DNA from: Flectonema sp. DT1601
Lineage: Eukaryota
Direction: 5' to 3'
Length of the DNA: 64,000 nucleotides
NCBI GenBank assembly: GCA_964019425.1
Contig: OZ025795.1
Span: 248,001 to 312,000, forward strand
Of the stretch, positions 11,425 to 22,658 are shown in pieces. A program made the translations under genes and the position numbers. How positions within the stretch are numbered: the first letter of the stretch is position 1; each line of letters begins with the position of its first letter. Under the pieces are notes generated by a model. That model was not told where the DNA came from. It did no database searches and was given only the letters and a program-made list of their open reading frames with translations.

Positions 11425-13089
11425 CTATAGTAAATCAAGGTCATCATCGAGGTTAACTGGAGCAGCAGGCTTAGAAGCTGGCATGTCTAAGTCGTCAAGG
11501 TCGAGATTCAGGTCATCGGCACCAGACTTGTCAACAGGCGCAGCTACTGGACCATCGAGGTCCAGATCGAGGTCTAAGTCCCCACCACTATCACCAATTG
11601 TAATATCAGCCGATGTGTCAACATGAACCTTTCTTACTGGCTTGTTATTAACATCGTACACGAATGCTCCAATAGCAGGTGGTGCTTGAGGTTTAGTTGG
11701 TAGAAAAGGAAGTGTTTTAGGATCTTTCCCCGACTGTAAATCCCGAATACGAGGCATGCATCCATCTTGAATGAAATCCCACAGATCTTTTGATCGTGCG
11801 TTGACTTCATCAGCTACGTCTGTTTATTTATTTTATTTTATTTATTTTTTAAATTACTATTATCATCCCTTAAATATATACAGATAACATACTCTCAAAG
11901 TGGATGGCTCTCGACTGATTTTCATCCAATTTTAATTCCAATTGACTTAATTTCTGTTCGAGTATTTGAATTCGTTGTAAGTGTTCAGCCCCTCCTGTGT
12001 ATGATTTCGGCTGGTTTACTTCATCTTCAAGAGATTTAATCCTCTCTAAGTGTTTGTCTACTATTCGTTGATGTGAACGGTTTCGTAGGTCAAATTCCCT
12101 GTTGGTGTTATTGTTGTTTTTTTCTGTTTCTCTTTATTCCGCTTTTTCTCTCGAATAAGATTATACATACGCTGCTTGTTTTTTTATAAATTTCGTGTCA
12201 AAGTCAGCACGTAGGTCCTGAACCATGTCTTCTCTGCTCGCTTGCTCATTTGCAAGCTGTTTTTTTAATGCTTCGTTTTCAGTTTTTAGATCCGCTATGT
12301 TTGACGGTACTACATTCTTGTCGGTTAGTTTTTTGTTTTCTTCTTCAAGTTGACGGATTTTTGCGCTGAGTGCCACTACAGTAGTTGAAGTTGAATCTGG
12401 CATCATTGCTTGAAGTGGAACTGAAGATGGAGTTCCCACTTTAATTACTTCATCATCATCATCGTCTTCAGCGTTTTCTTCAGTCTTCTCTTTGTCTCTT
12501 CTTGTTTGCTCGATGTAGTCTTTTGTTTCTACGTATCCATCAGGTGCTACGTAGTTTGCCTTTTCACTAATGATCTCTCCCTCTGGAAGTTCTGAGACTG
12601 GTATTGTGTGCTCTAAATGTTTTGCTATGGCGAGGATGGTCTGGTGTTTATTTATTTATTTTATTTTTTTTTGAGACTAGTCAACGCTTTCTTGATACCT
12701 AAAGTAAAATAGCATACTTGTAACAATCGGTCGTTTTCATTACCTTCTGGGCCGTTTGCCTTTTCAGGAGTGAGTGCGAGTAAGAGGTCTTTTTCAGTAG
12801 GAATCTTCAACAATAGAAAAAGTTCCTCTGTTTTTGATGAAATCAGCCCTCGTCTTACTTCGACGAATTGAGTTTGCACTTCGACTATTTTTTTTATATC
12901 CACAAGTCTGAGTACTGCTGATTTCTTGTCGCAGACGTACAACTTGTCCTTGGTGACGCACACCGCACGTTTTAGTTCTTTTCCTCCTTCTATCACCTCA
13001 GTCAGAAGTCTCGCAAAATAAACAGCCTTAGCACACCATGACAGTGCTGGAGGGCAATCATAATATTCCAGTGGAGGGGGACTACTCAT
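11425..13089 (-). CDS. Hypothetical protein with an N-terminal PH-like domain and a coiled coil; 4 exons (13089-12718, 12640-12171, 12098-11893, 11819-11425)
   Basis: Three GTATG..CAG introns join the ORF fragments in frame (phases 0, 2, 1). The segment KRAVCVTKDKLYVCD...VLRLVDIKKI resembles PH-like folds. Acidic LDLD tail. Confidence 0.8.
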
Positions 13090-13167
13090 GTTTTTAGTAT
13101 CGCTGGTGAAAAATAAGAAACTGACAAGGCAACATAAAAGAACAACATAAAAGAACTGCAAAAGAAG

Positions 13168-13330
13168 GAAACAAAATTTATTACGCAAAAGTTTTCTAAA
13201 GCAAGAACAAGATCTCCCTTGTTTAGCAAATTGGGTTCTCTCCCAAACAGACAAAAGCGTCGGCGTGAAATAATACAAGAAAACCCTTAGTAGGTTTGAA
13301 ACTCTTCACTCGATAAATTAACAAGAGGGG
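13168..13330. repeat. Dispersed ~160-bp element, copy 1 (other copy 53203-53374)
   Basis: Colinear similarity between the copies, e.g. TTATTACGCAAA(A/G)GTTTTCTAAAG(C/T)AAGAA(C/T)AAGATCTCCCTTGT ... GTCGG(C/T)GT(G/A)AAATAATACAA ... AATTAACAAG. Confidence 0.85.
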
Positions 13331-13657
13331 TGATAGGTTCACTGTGCGTGTTAGACATTTTGCGATCTCTTTACATGCAACCACCTCACTTGGATTGTAA
13401 AATGATATGTTGTGCATCTGTGTAGTTATGAAAGGAAAAGTAATAACTCCACAGGCTGCAAAGTCAGAGTCTCCAAACGCCAGAATACCTCATTGTGATA
13501 CTTCGTACTAATTTATTCTACCTAACGTTTTCTAAATACTCCAACAATAAAAACCAACACCTCAAATTCATATTCTACTCCGTGTGATAATCTGGAACTC
13601 GTCAACGGAAGAGGATTACCAGCATAAGTCAACTCAAATATATTTGCCGCTTTGAAA

Positions 13658-13838
13658 AAAACCTGTTTTGAGAAAGAAGGCGTGACAAAAAAGCAATTAC
13701 ATCACACAAGACTGTTTCTTTTTTGTACAGAACATCGCTCGATGCAATGCGGGCGGGAACACCGTAAACGTGCGTAACCAGCAGCGTACGGCGCCCGAGA
13801 AGGAAGGGAAAGGAAGGAAGAGTGTGTTATCTGAAAAA
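13658..13838. repeat. 181-bp direct repeat, left copy, flanking the GC-rich gene island
   Basis: Matches 15572-15752 with two substitutions seen (GCTCG/GTTCG and GGGAAA/GGAAAA). Confidence 0.95.
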
Positions 13839-14726
13839 GGCGAGAGGAAAACGATTTTTCAAAAAAAAAAGAACTTGGTAAAAACGGTCGGTCCCAGAGG
13901 CGCGGCTCCAGCTTGAACAGCCGCAAAAAAAGGAACAACAATAACAACGCCTTGGCAAGAAAACGATTTTCTGATTATCTGATTTTTTTTTTTTTTTTTT
14001 GTATAAGAACGGCTTCCGTCCCACAATAAGAGAAGACACCGCCACCCTTCAGTTCGAAAGAATGTCAAAAATTGAGGTGAGGCGTTGCTTTTTTCCCTTT
14101 GGTTCGCTTCACTTCTTCTTTTGTTTTCCAGCTGCCGTGTGGAAAAAAAGCAAACCCGGAGCCTACCGCGAACAACACACAAATAATGAGATATACGTAT
14201 ATCATAAAAAGATGAAATGAAAAGGCCTTGCGCCGCCAAGCCCGTCGCCTTCCAATCCGCCACAACCGAAAACATGCAACAAACGTTCCCCTCTCCCCTG
14301 CTGGGGGCCACGCATAGCCAACACCAGGAAGAGAAGAAGGAGAACCACGAGAACCGATCGGGGGGAAAGGAAAAAGAAACGCAAAACCTAGCAGATCCTC
14401 ACCTCCGAACGGGGCCGAAATTGCCGACAAGAAAAAGGACGGAACGGGTTTCAGTTCGCTTTTTCTCGGAGAGAACAAAAGAACGGCCCCCAGCTGTGGG
14501 GAAAACTAACGAGTTGAACTCGGAAAATAAACAACAAAAAAAGTCCTTGTTGGCGCGCGCGCACATGACAGGCAACGAAAAGAAGGAAAAGGCTTTGTCG
14601 TCGCGATGCCAGCCAAAAGAAAAAAGAAGCAGAAAGAAGAAGATGAAGAAGAAGCGGAAGCAGAAGCAGAAGCGGAAGCGGGTGCCGGAACCCGTTGTTC
14701 GCCCCCCCGCCGCGCGTGTCCCATCC

Positions 14727-15527
14727 CTACTGAAAGGCCGCCTCCGTCAGAGCACAGTTGGTGCATCCCCTGCCGCCGCCTCCGCCTTCCTGACCACAGT
14801 ACGGAGGAATGCAAGGTCCCTGAAGCATCCTCGGGCACCAGTCGTCAACACACTCTCCCTTGATGACCTTGCACTGGTCGTATCCCGAGGTCTCGCACTT
14901 GGCAAGCGAGAAACCCGAGCAGTCCACGCCCCTGCTGTTCAGCGACGCGAACATCAGCCTCACGTTCGAACCCATGTCGACTCTCTCGAGGTGGTTCCGC
15001 GGAACCTGCTTCCTGAACGACATGAACTTGTGCTTGTCCTCCCCCGCGTCGCTGATGAACTTCGGCCCGCACGGCGAAGGAGTCCAACCCTCGGACAACA
15101 GGTAGTCCTTGAATTCCACGTTCAGCCCCCCGCCCAAGCATCCCGCGCACTTGTAGACGTTGATGTAGATGTCACACTTCTTCACCGACGGGTGGTCCGC
15201 GCACCAGAACCTCATGAACGAACCCGCCGCGATGTTCCATGGCGGGATGTAGGCGTCGTTCAGGAGCTGGGCCTCGGGGATGTGGAAGAACCTCGAACCA
15301 GCGGTCGACGGGTCGATCCATCCAGGCATGTAGTTGGCCACCAGCCCTCCCCCGAGAGCGAGCAACGTTCCGCTGCTCACCGTTGCCGCGCTGCTTGTGT
15401 CCGGCGTCCCGAACACGCACCAGCAGACGTCCGTCGGGTACTGGGCCAGGGCCGCCTGCAGGGCAGGCGAGTCTTGGGCTTGGGCAGCTGCGAAGAACGC
15501 CGTGATCAGGGTTGCGATGGCCTTCAT
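14727..15527 (-). CDS. Secreted Cys-rich protein, GC-rich and intronless, probably from a diplonemid-expanded family
   Basis: Signal peptide MKAIATLITAFFAAAQAQ, many Cys residues and strong GC3 bias. The motif GWTPSPCGPKF...FRKQV resembles a multicopy diplonemid family as recalled (unverified). The opposite-strand 460-aa ORF is its shadow. Confidence 0.8.
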   Translation of the reverse strand: MKAIATLITAFFAAAQAQDSPALQAALAQYPTDVCWCVFGTPDTSSAATVSSGTLLALGGGLVANYMPGWIDPSTAGSRFFHIPEAQLLNDAYIPPWNIAAGSFMRFWCADHPSVKKCDIYINVYKCAGCLGGGLNVEFKDYLLSEGWTPSPCGPKFISDAGEDKHKFMSFRKQVPRNHLERVDMGSNVRLMFASLNSRGVDCSGFSLAKCETSGYDQCKVIKGECVDDWCPRMLQGPCIPPYCGQEGGGGGRGCTNCALTEAAFQ

Positions 15528-15571
15528 TTTTTTTTTTTTCTTCTTCTTCTTTGCACGAAGGGGCTCAGAGC

Positions 15572-15752
15572 AAAACCTGTTTTGAGAAAGAAGGCGTGAC
15601 AAAAAAGCAATTACATCACACAAGACTGTTTCTTTTTTGTACAGAACATCGTTCGATGCAATGCGGGCGGGAACACCGTAAACGTGCGTAACCAGCAGCG
15701 TACGGCGCCCGAGAAGGAAGGAAAAGGAAGGAAGAGTGTGTTATCTGAAAAA
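15572..15752. repeat. 181-bp direct repeat, right copy; contains the probable trans-splice acceptor of the secreted-protein gene
   Basis: Minus strand reads CCTTCTTTCTCAAAACAG|GTTTT about 50 nt upstream of the ATG at 15527. Confidence 0.95.
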
Positions 15753-16499
15753 AGTCGAATTCATCAGAAGTCACTTTCAACTGTTATTCAGAAAGCCGTA
15801 AATCAATTCCACAAATCGAAATCTGTCTTTATGATACACCTGTATAAAGAAAGATGATTAAATTATTTTGTATTCTACCACTGACTGAAAGTAACAATGC
15901 ATACATGACACAAATATATAAAAATGAAACGAGGATGGGATGTGGGAAAGAGAATAATAGGAAACATAATATTTTATATAAGAGAAACAAAAGACGGGGA
16001 TGCAATTGCTACTCTCTTGGTAGTCCATCCGAAGTTATTTTAGTCTTGATACTTGTTTTTGTTTTGTTTTTTTAAATATTTGTTACCCATTTGTTTCTCA
16101 TGAGGGAGGGAGTTTAACGCTTTTTTTTTTTTTTTTCTTTTTTAAATTTTATTTGTTTTTTGTTTATGAAAAAAACAAAAAAAAATCAAAAAAAAAAAAA
16201 AATTAAAATAAAATAAAATAAAATAAAATATAAGAATAACAAAAGAAAAAGTAACTGTTTCTACACAGTCTGCTTAACAAGAACCCCAATGGGGAGAGAG
16301 AGAAATTTCGGTACACAGCAACGGCTGGGGGAGGGAAAATTGGGTTGGAAGGGAAAATAGCAAATATCTTAATAAAAGCTACTCCTCATGAAAAATAACT
16401 GTTTGGGGTCTTATATTCGTCTTCCCAAAGAATCTTACAAAATAAAGTAGTCAAATAGTAAGAAAGAAACTAGTCAAAAGAAAAAAAAAAAAAAAAAAA

Positions 16500-16500
<1 letters not shown>

Positions 16501-16532
<32 letters not shown>
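16501..16532. repeat. (CAA)n microsatellite within a long A/T-homopolymer-rich noncoding region
   Basis: Direct reading of aacaacaacaac... Confidence 0.9.
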
Positions 16533-17561
16533 GGGAATAGTAATAATGTAGTTCTAATTTTTTTTTTTTTTTTGTTTTTTTTTTTTTTTTTTTGTTGTTT
16601 CCCTAAAAAAAATTAAGACAATAATAATAATAAAAAGTGAAATAAAAAAAAGTATGGGCACTTTAACCACATTTTTTTTTTCTTTTTTGGTTCAGACTTC
16701 GGCTTACCTTGGCATTTGGCATTCTGAATTAATTATTCATTTTTAAGCAGGGGAAAGAGAAAAGTAATAATAACAAAAGAAGAAAAAAAAAAAAAAGTAC
16801 TGGCACAACTAGTGCTGTAAAAAAGAATAATACTGTGGGGAATGGAGGAAGGGGAAAAAAAAAAAAAAAAAAAAAGTGAATAAAATAAATAAATAAATAA
16901 ATGACGAAAATCGAGTACAATAGTTTAAAACCAAAGAGCAGTTCTTATTTTTTTTTTTTTTTTTTTGTTGCCCCTCTGGAGCATGCGCCGCAATCAGCAA
17001 ATCCATAATATGAATTAAAAGTACAGGAAAATAAAACAATTCCGTTAACATGTTTGATTGTGAAACGATCGCCTAATTTTGTTATCTCTTTAAGAATACA
17101 ATATAAATTTTTCTTTTAAATTATTTTTTTCTATTTTTGTTTTTCTACGTTCGTTAAGCGTCCCTACGCAGCACACGATCTGCTTTTTAAGGAAGAAAGC
17201 TGTGCTGATATGTAAGGGGGGTGGTCTGGGTAGTTTTTTTACAACGAATGTGGGGGGATGTACAAGGGGAGGAAGAGTCGAAAAAAACAAAAAGGTTTTT
17301 TTTTTTTTTTTTTTTTTTTTGGGGGGGGGTTCTTGATTCCCGTATCTTGATGGACATTTTTGAGTTTTTTTTTTTTTTTTTCCTCATAAATTGATCGGAG
17401 TTATAAAAGACAGTCCGCTTCTCCAATGATAATGAAAACACAAATCATTTCACCCGCCTAGATAGAAGAGAAAGAGAACAATAATTTACGCAAACGCATT
17501 TTCCCCTCATTTTTCTTTTAGATTAAGAAATATGATTTTTTCTCTCGCTGTTTTCGATTAT

Positions 17562-17594
<33 letters not shown>

Positions 17595-18116
17595 GAAAAA
17601 AAAAGAATATAAATAATTAATCCCCTCAGTCAAGAAGGTTGGCTTTTTGGGTACAATACTTTAAAAAAAAGATACATAGAGAGGCAAAAAAAGAAGAAAA
17701 AAAGAAAGGGAAGAAAAAAAAAACTGTTTAAAATCTGTTCATATATATATTGTTTATTTTTTCCCCTCTTTCCCAATTTCTTCTCGAGCACAACCTAATA
17801 AGAGTAATAAAACACGTTAAGTGACAGCATCATCAAAAAAAAAATATTAAAAACACGTTGAGGATGGGGGACAAAAAATGCTGGTTTTCTTTTTTTTTCT
17901 TTAGCTACAATGAGGGGAAGTGTGAACAAGTCCGTAGCCGAAGGTAAGCAATAAATTTGATTTAAAAGACGTTTAACAGATCACTAATTGCAACTCGGAA
18001 GTGTATGCATTCTGTAGCAATGTTGTTCATGCGTGATCGGTACAAGGGTAAAGGTGACCACAGAGTCAACTGCTGGGTACAAGTTCATAGGTTGCATGCC
18101 TCTTCTGTGTCCCTTT

Positions 18117-18152
<36 letters not shown>

Positions 18153-18600
18153 CCACTTCTCTTTTATACAAGGCAAAAGAAAAGGGAAGGGGAAAAAAAA
18201 AACTTTGGAGAGAAAACAAAAAAAAGAAGAAAAAAAAAATTTCCCAAATACTAAAAGGAAAAAAATAATGTTATAACAACGCCGAAGCAGAGGGAGGAGG
18301 GGTGGGGGGCTGGGAGGAATTTGGGGTTATTCTATGTTATTGGTGCCGAGAAAACGGCAACGAATAATAATCAGCCTTAACCAAGCAGTAATAACTAACT
18401 CATAAGACAATAGGGGAATAGTGGCAATAATAAATTGCAAAATAGTGCGTCGCACGAATACGAAAACAAGTTTGCTCGTTGAAACAAATACCTGTTCAAA
18501 AGTAACTAATAACAAAATCACGAATTCAATGCGAATCCTTGAGCGCTTCTTCACTTAACAAATACCAAACAACCAACATAAAGGCACTGTGCTAACTAGC

Positions 18601-19960
18601 CTAACAGAAAGGAGTTAATGGTGGTGGTTCACTCACTAACATGTCCTGTTGCTGTTGCTGCATTTGTTGCTGCTGTTCTTGTTGTTGCAATCGCTGAGTG
18701 TAATTAGTTCCGGTGGCTTGGCAAATCTGCTGAACTCTCTGAACTGCCTGCATGTTTTGCTCCATAGTTCTCAACTCTGCTGGTCCATGAGCAAATACAC
18801 AGTGAGGCTCATATGGACATGATCCTTGTTCTATAAACTTCTGACAGCTGCGTACTTTGTATTTCAAAGGGTTCACGTTTGGCTTTCCGTCAGCGTACAA
18901 TCTCTTTAAGACGTCAATGTTGGTTTCTCTTGAACGCAAATCAGACAACTGATGAGCAAAAACACAAAGATATCCATATCCACAAACACCAGTTCTGTTC
19001 ATATTGCGACACATCTTTACTTTGTACAGTTCAGGATCGACTCTGTTGATATCTAAGTCATCTTCTCTCATTGTCGAAACCTGCTGGTATGAACTTTGAA
19101 GTTGTTGTGCAGCAAAGCGAGCAGCCATGTTATTACGAGCAACATGCATCTGAACTAGATGTGCAGTCACCATCTTTCTACGAATCTCATCCGATTCATC
19201 TTCAGTAAGTCCCTGCATTGACTGACCAGTCATTGAAAGAGGTGAAGCTGGGTTCGTTGATGCTGACGATGAGACTCCTCCAATAGAACTGTTCAAATTA
19301 GTAATTCCACTCGACAGTTGAAGGTCGTGACTTGTTCTTGCCTGAAGTGGTGGAGGCATACTCTGCAACAATGGAGGAGGTTGTAAATCGATGTTGCTAC
19401 CAACAGTGTTGTTATTCTGAGCAGCTTGCTCTGTAAAAGGCTGTAACACACTAGCCAACCTTGCAGCATTAATCCTTTCCTGATCCTCAGGAGTATCTGG
19501 TGACATAAGAGAATGTGAAACATTCTCAGCAGTAAAAAAGTGTTTCGCTTTTGGCTGCGCAGCAGCACTCATTCCCCACGATTTTGGAGGGTTGATCAGC
19601 GGCGGTGCATCGGTCATGACTGACTGCTGTAATTTGAATAATATTTTTAATTGTACTATTCCGATCTCTAAGAAAACAAAATAATAATAATAACAAAACA
19701 CTCATTCATACCTTGTTCGAAGGGTCCCATTCTTCAGCAGGGGCAGCTGCGCGGAGTTGCGGTGAACTGATGGTGTCATCACTTCTTCTGTTTATAATTT
19801 TAGTTTTAAAAAAATTAAAAAAATCGACTGGCTAAAAAAAAAAAAAAAAAAAATCATACGAGCATGTGGATGATGTAATTAAATCGTCTGTCATCCCCTC
19901 ACTAGAATCAGAAAAGTCAAAATTCAAAATGTCTACAACAGTTTTAGTAATATCGGCCAT
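18601..19960 (-). CDS. Tandem CCCH zinc-finger (TIS11/ZFP36-like) RNA-binding protein; 3 exons (19960-19860, 19787-19712, 19626 or 19623-18601)
   Basis: Two fingers, YKVKMC-x8-C-x5-C-x3-H and YKVRSC-x8-C-x5-C-x3-H, and a polyQ tail. Upstream exons splice in frame at GTATGA..CAG. The last intron has a NAGNAG acceptor. Confidence 0.9.
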
Positions 19961-20297
19961 ATGATTATTTAACGACTGAACAATATGTTCACTGAGTGCG
20001 AGCGAAAGCTAAAGAGGAAAAGCGCTCGAGGATGGGGAGGGACTGCGAAAAAAAGAGAAGAAATTAATTTACACCTTGACAAAAAACTCATAATAAAACA
20101 ATCCTGTTGAGCTATGCCAAACATTGTTTAAAAAAAACTGGAAAAGAAAGAAAGGAAAAAAATTAAATCGTAAATAATACTAATTTCTGGATGCTTATCG
20201 AAACAAGATCAACAAAAAAAAAAACAGCGACACACGTTAATGTCTTTGCTAAAAACAACTGTAGAACAAAATCAGAAATTAATCTGAAAGCTCTTTA

Positions 20298-22658
20298 TTA
20301 GTCATCCCTCAGGCAGTTTATCATTTCATCGATTGAGTGTTTCGCAAGATGAAATGCTGCACAGGTATTTCCAATTGATGGTTTTCGTTGCAATTCAGGA
20401 ACTCCACAAAACCTAACTGGATTCCCATTAATGTATTTAACTAAGTACAAGTCAGATGATAATATTATAAAATAAGGTGTCAATCTCCACTTTGACATTG
20501 AACGATCCCAAAATTGCCAAGACGTCGCCTGATACGGAAATTCCTTTTGTGAATCTGAAGAGCTGACCCAAACTGCTTCAGAATCCATTTCTCCAAAACT
20601 TCCTATCACCCAATGTTCAGTCGAGTCGCTGTATAAGTATGCTTTAGGTGATCCTGAATCTATTCGTTGCCAAACTAATTTCTTATTAAACGACCATTTT
20701 GATAACACATAATGTCCTGACAAGTCAGGATGATTCTTCGCAGCGACGTACAATCTGTCAATTTGATTATTTAACAACTCACTTTCCACAGGAGCACCTT
20801 CATTCTGAGCGCTGTTAAAGACGAAGATGTTGCTTGAATTAGGCAATCTGTTTGCCAACGCTTTCAGTATTTGTAGATATGCAGGTTGTTTTGCGTAGTC
20901 AGGTGTCACCAGCATAATTCCATCGCTGTTGCTTTTGAGTTTGCCGTTTGCTGTCATGTTGTCGCCTACTATGACTTTTATATTGTACTCAGTGTTGCCT
21001 TTCGATTGAACTTGATCTAACGGTTCCGTCTGTAGAGAAACAGTAATACGACCTTCACTAACGCTGCCTAGAAATTTATGAAAATTATTTTTCATTGTTT
21101 CTTCTGGCTCATCCAAAGTCTTGCCAACGTCAAATGCGTACCCTCCAACATTGCTTGATGTGAAAACCTTAATTTCCGCTTGTGTACTTCTCAATGAATA
21201 TCCATAAGAATGCAACGACTGTTTTCCAAGTGTTGCTGCATCAACAACTATAAATATCACTCTTTTATATCTTTTTGAAAATTGAACAAACCGCTCCAAT
21301 AGCATTTTAGTAAACATTGGATCGGAATCGAACCGATGCCTCGGTTTGAAGAACACCGCTCGCGATGTTAATACATCAGCTTCAGCAGCATTGCTGTCTA
21401 AAAGATGAATCACAGTCGGTTTGAGATTATGTGATCCCAATATTTTCATAACATTAACGTAGGTCACTGGTTCAGTCAGTGGCTCATATGATTTGTGATA
21501 GGGAAGGTTTTTCAATAAAACTAATTCAGTTCCGTTACCGACTGGCATCAATTGCTGTGGAACAACAACACACGACAGAGCTGGGTTGTTGTCAACTGCT
21601 ATGTTTACTATTTTCATTAAAATATTACTACTGCTGTCGCTAACAAAAACTAACAACCGAACATCAATCAAAGCCAAATCCTCTTCTTCTGTAACAGTCA
21701 AACACAAAGGGTTTATTAATTTATCACGAAGAAATTTCGAAGCTGATGTTGGTGTTATGGCTATTGGTTTACCCCACTGAAAATATAACAGAGCAGGGAC
21801 ATGTGAAACACCCCAACCAGGTAATTGAGGGAAAGACCCAGAACTTGCACCTATCGTGATTCGTGCCATTCTAAGTGATGAAAATTCTTGTTGTAGTTGC
21901 GCTAGGTTATCAGATACAATACAAGCAACACAATCTGCTGCTGTTATAAAAATTAATATCCTGCTGCTCGATGCTAAGGCAAAATCTACTTGTGCAGCTG
22001 TTAGTGCGATAATACCGTTCTTGTCAACGGCGTACCTCTGTAACGCAGTTTTCAGAGGATGGATTCTCCGTGCTATGAAAGCACTTTCATATTCGATATT
22101 CAAGCTCATGTTAACAAACAGCATTGGCCCGATCCAAGATAAGGTGAATAGCTCACTACACCAATCAGGTGATAGTGATAGCGACACACTATCAGTATTA
22201 ATGCATGGTTTTATTGTATGAGTTGTTGATGATTCAGTCCATGATGGATAGTTGTTTTTAATATCAGGAAGCAACGAAAATCTCAACAGATGATAATTAT
22301 TTTGTCGAATAGCAGTTAATCTCCCTATTGAACTAGCCCACACCCCTTCAAGAGGAGGCTCTCTTGACACTGTTAAGTACAAGCTTGTTACTCCAGCTGT
22401 ATGATGTGCCCAATTATTTCCAGACATACCCTGACCCCCTATTATCTTATCACCCTGTTTTAAACCAGCTATATACGCCGGTCCAAAATCAACTACAGAA
22501 ACAACTTCAAAGTTTTCTTTGTCATACGTGAATCCAAAAACAGTTTTAATTTTCCGTTTAATTACTATTCGGTGAATCTGTTTCTCAACCGCGCACTGAT
22601 CACCAGAAACAAGTCCCCCTACGGATGCAATAACCAACAGTAAGATATACATTATCAT
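20298..22658 (-). CDS. Signal-peptide protein with a PDZ-like domain and thioredoxin/PDI-like domains
   Basis: 786-aa ORF with a hydrophobic N-terminus, PDZ signature FGF...GPAYIAGLKQGDKI, and CVAC followed by WGVSHVPALLYF (thioredoxin-fold cis-Pro region). Confidence 0.75.
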   Translation of the reverse strand: MIMYILLLVIASVGGLVSGDQCAVEKQIHRIVIKRKIKTVFGFTYDKENFEVVSVVDFGPAYIAGLKQGDKIIGGQGMSGNNWAHHTAGVTSLYLTVSREPPLEGVWASSIGRLTAIRQNNYHLLRFSLLPDIKNNYPSWTESSTTHTIKPCINTDSVSLSLSPDWCSELFTLSWIGPMLFVNMSLNIEYESAFIARRIHPLKTALQRYAVDKNGIIALTAAQVDFALASSSRILIFITAADCVACIVSDNLAQLQQEFSSLRMARITIGASSGSFPQLPGWGVSHVPALLYFQWGKPIAITPTSASKFLRDKLINPLCLTVTEEEDLALIDVRLLVFVSDSSSNILMKIVNIAVDNNPALSCVVVPQQLMPVGNGTELVLLKNLPYHKSYEPLTEPVTYVNVMKILGSHNLKPTVIHLLDSNAAEADVLTSRAVFFKPRHRFDSDPMFTKMLLERFVQFSKRYKRVIFIVVDAATLGKQSLHSYGYSLRSTQAEIKVFTSSNVGGYAFDVGKTLDEPEETMKNNFHKFLGSVSEGRITVSLQTEPLDQVQSKGNTEYNIKVIVGDNMTANGKLKSNSDGIMLVTPDYAKQPAYLQILKALANRLPNSSNIFVFNSAQNEGAPVESELLNNQIDRLYVAAKNHPDLSGHYVLSKWSFNKKLVWQRIDSGSPKAYLYSDSTEHWVIGSFGEMDSEAVWVSSSDSQKEFPYQATSWQFWDRSMSKWRLTPYFIILSSDLYLVKYINGNPVRFCGVPELQRKPSIGNTCAAFHLAKHSIDEMINCLRDD

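Noticed and set aside
14217..15599. 460-aa plus-strand ORF and other overlapping ORFs
   Set aside because: Antisense shadow of the GC3-biased minus-strand gene.
13658..15752. LTR retrotransposon or TRIM
   Set aside because: The repeats lack TG..CA ends and an evident PBS or TSD, and the interior is a cellular-type gene.
15850..18560. Poly-K and poly-F ORFs here and in other spacers (e.g. 171-765, 10677-11164, 49068-49707, 61276-61635)
   Set aside because: Translations of A/T homopolymer tracts in UTR or intergenic DNA.
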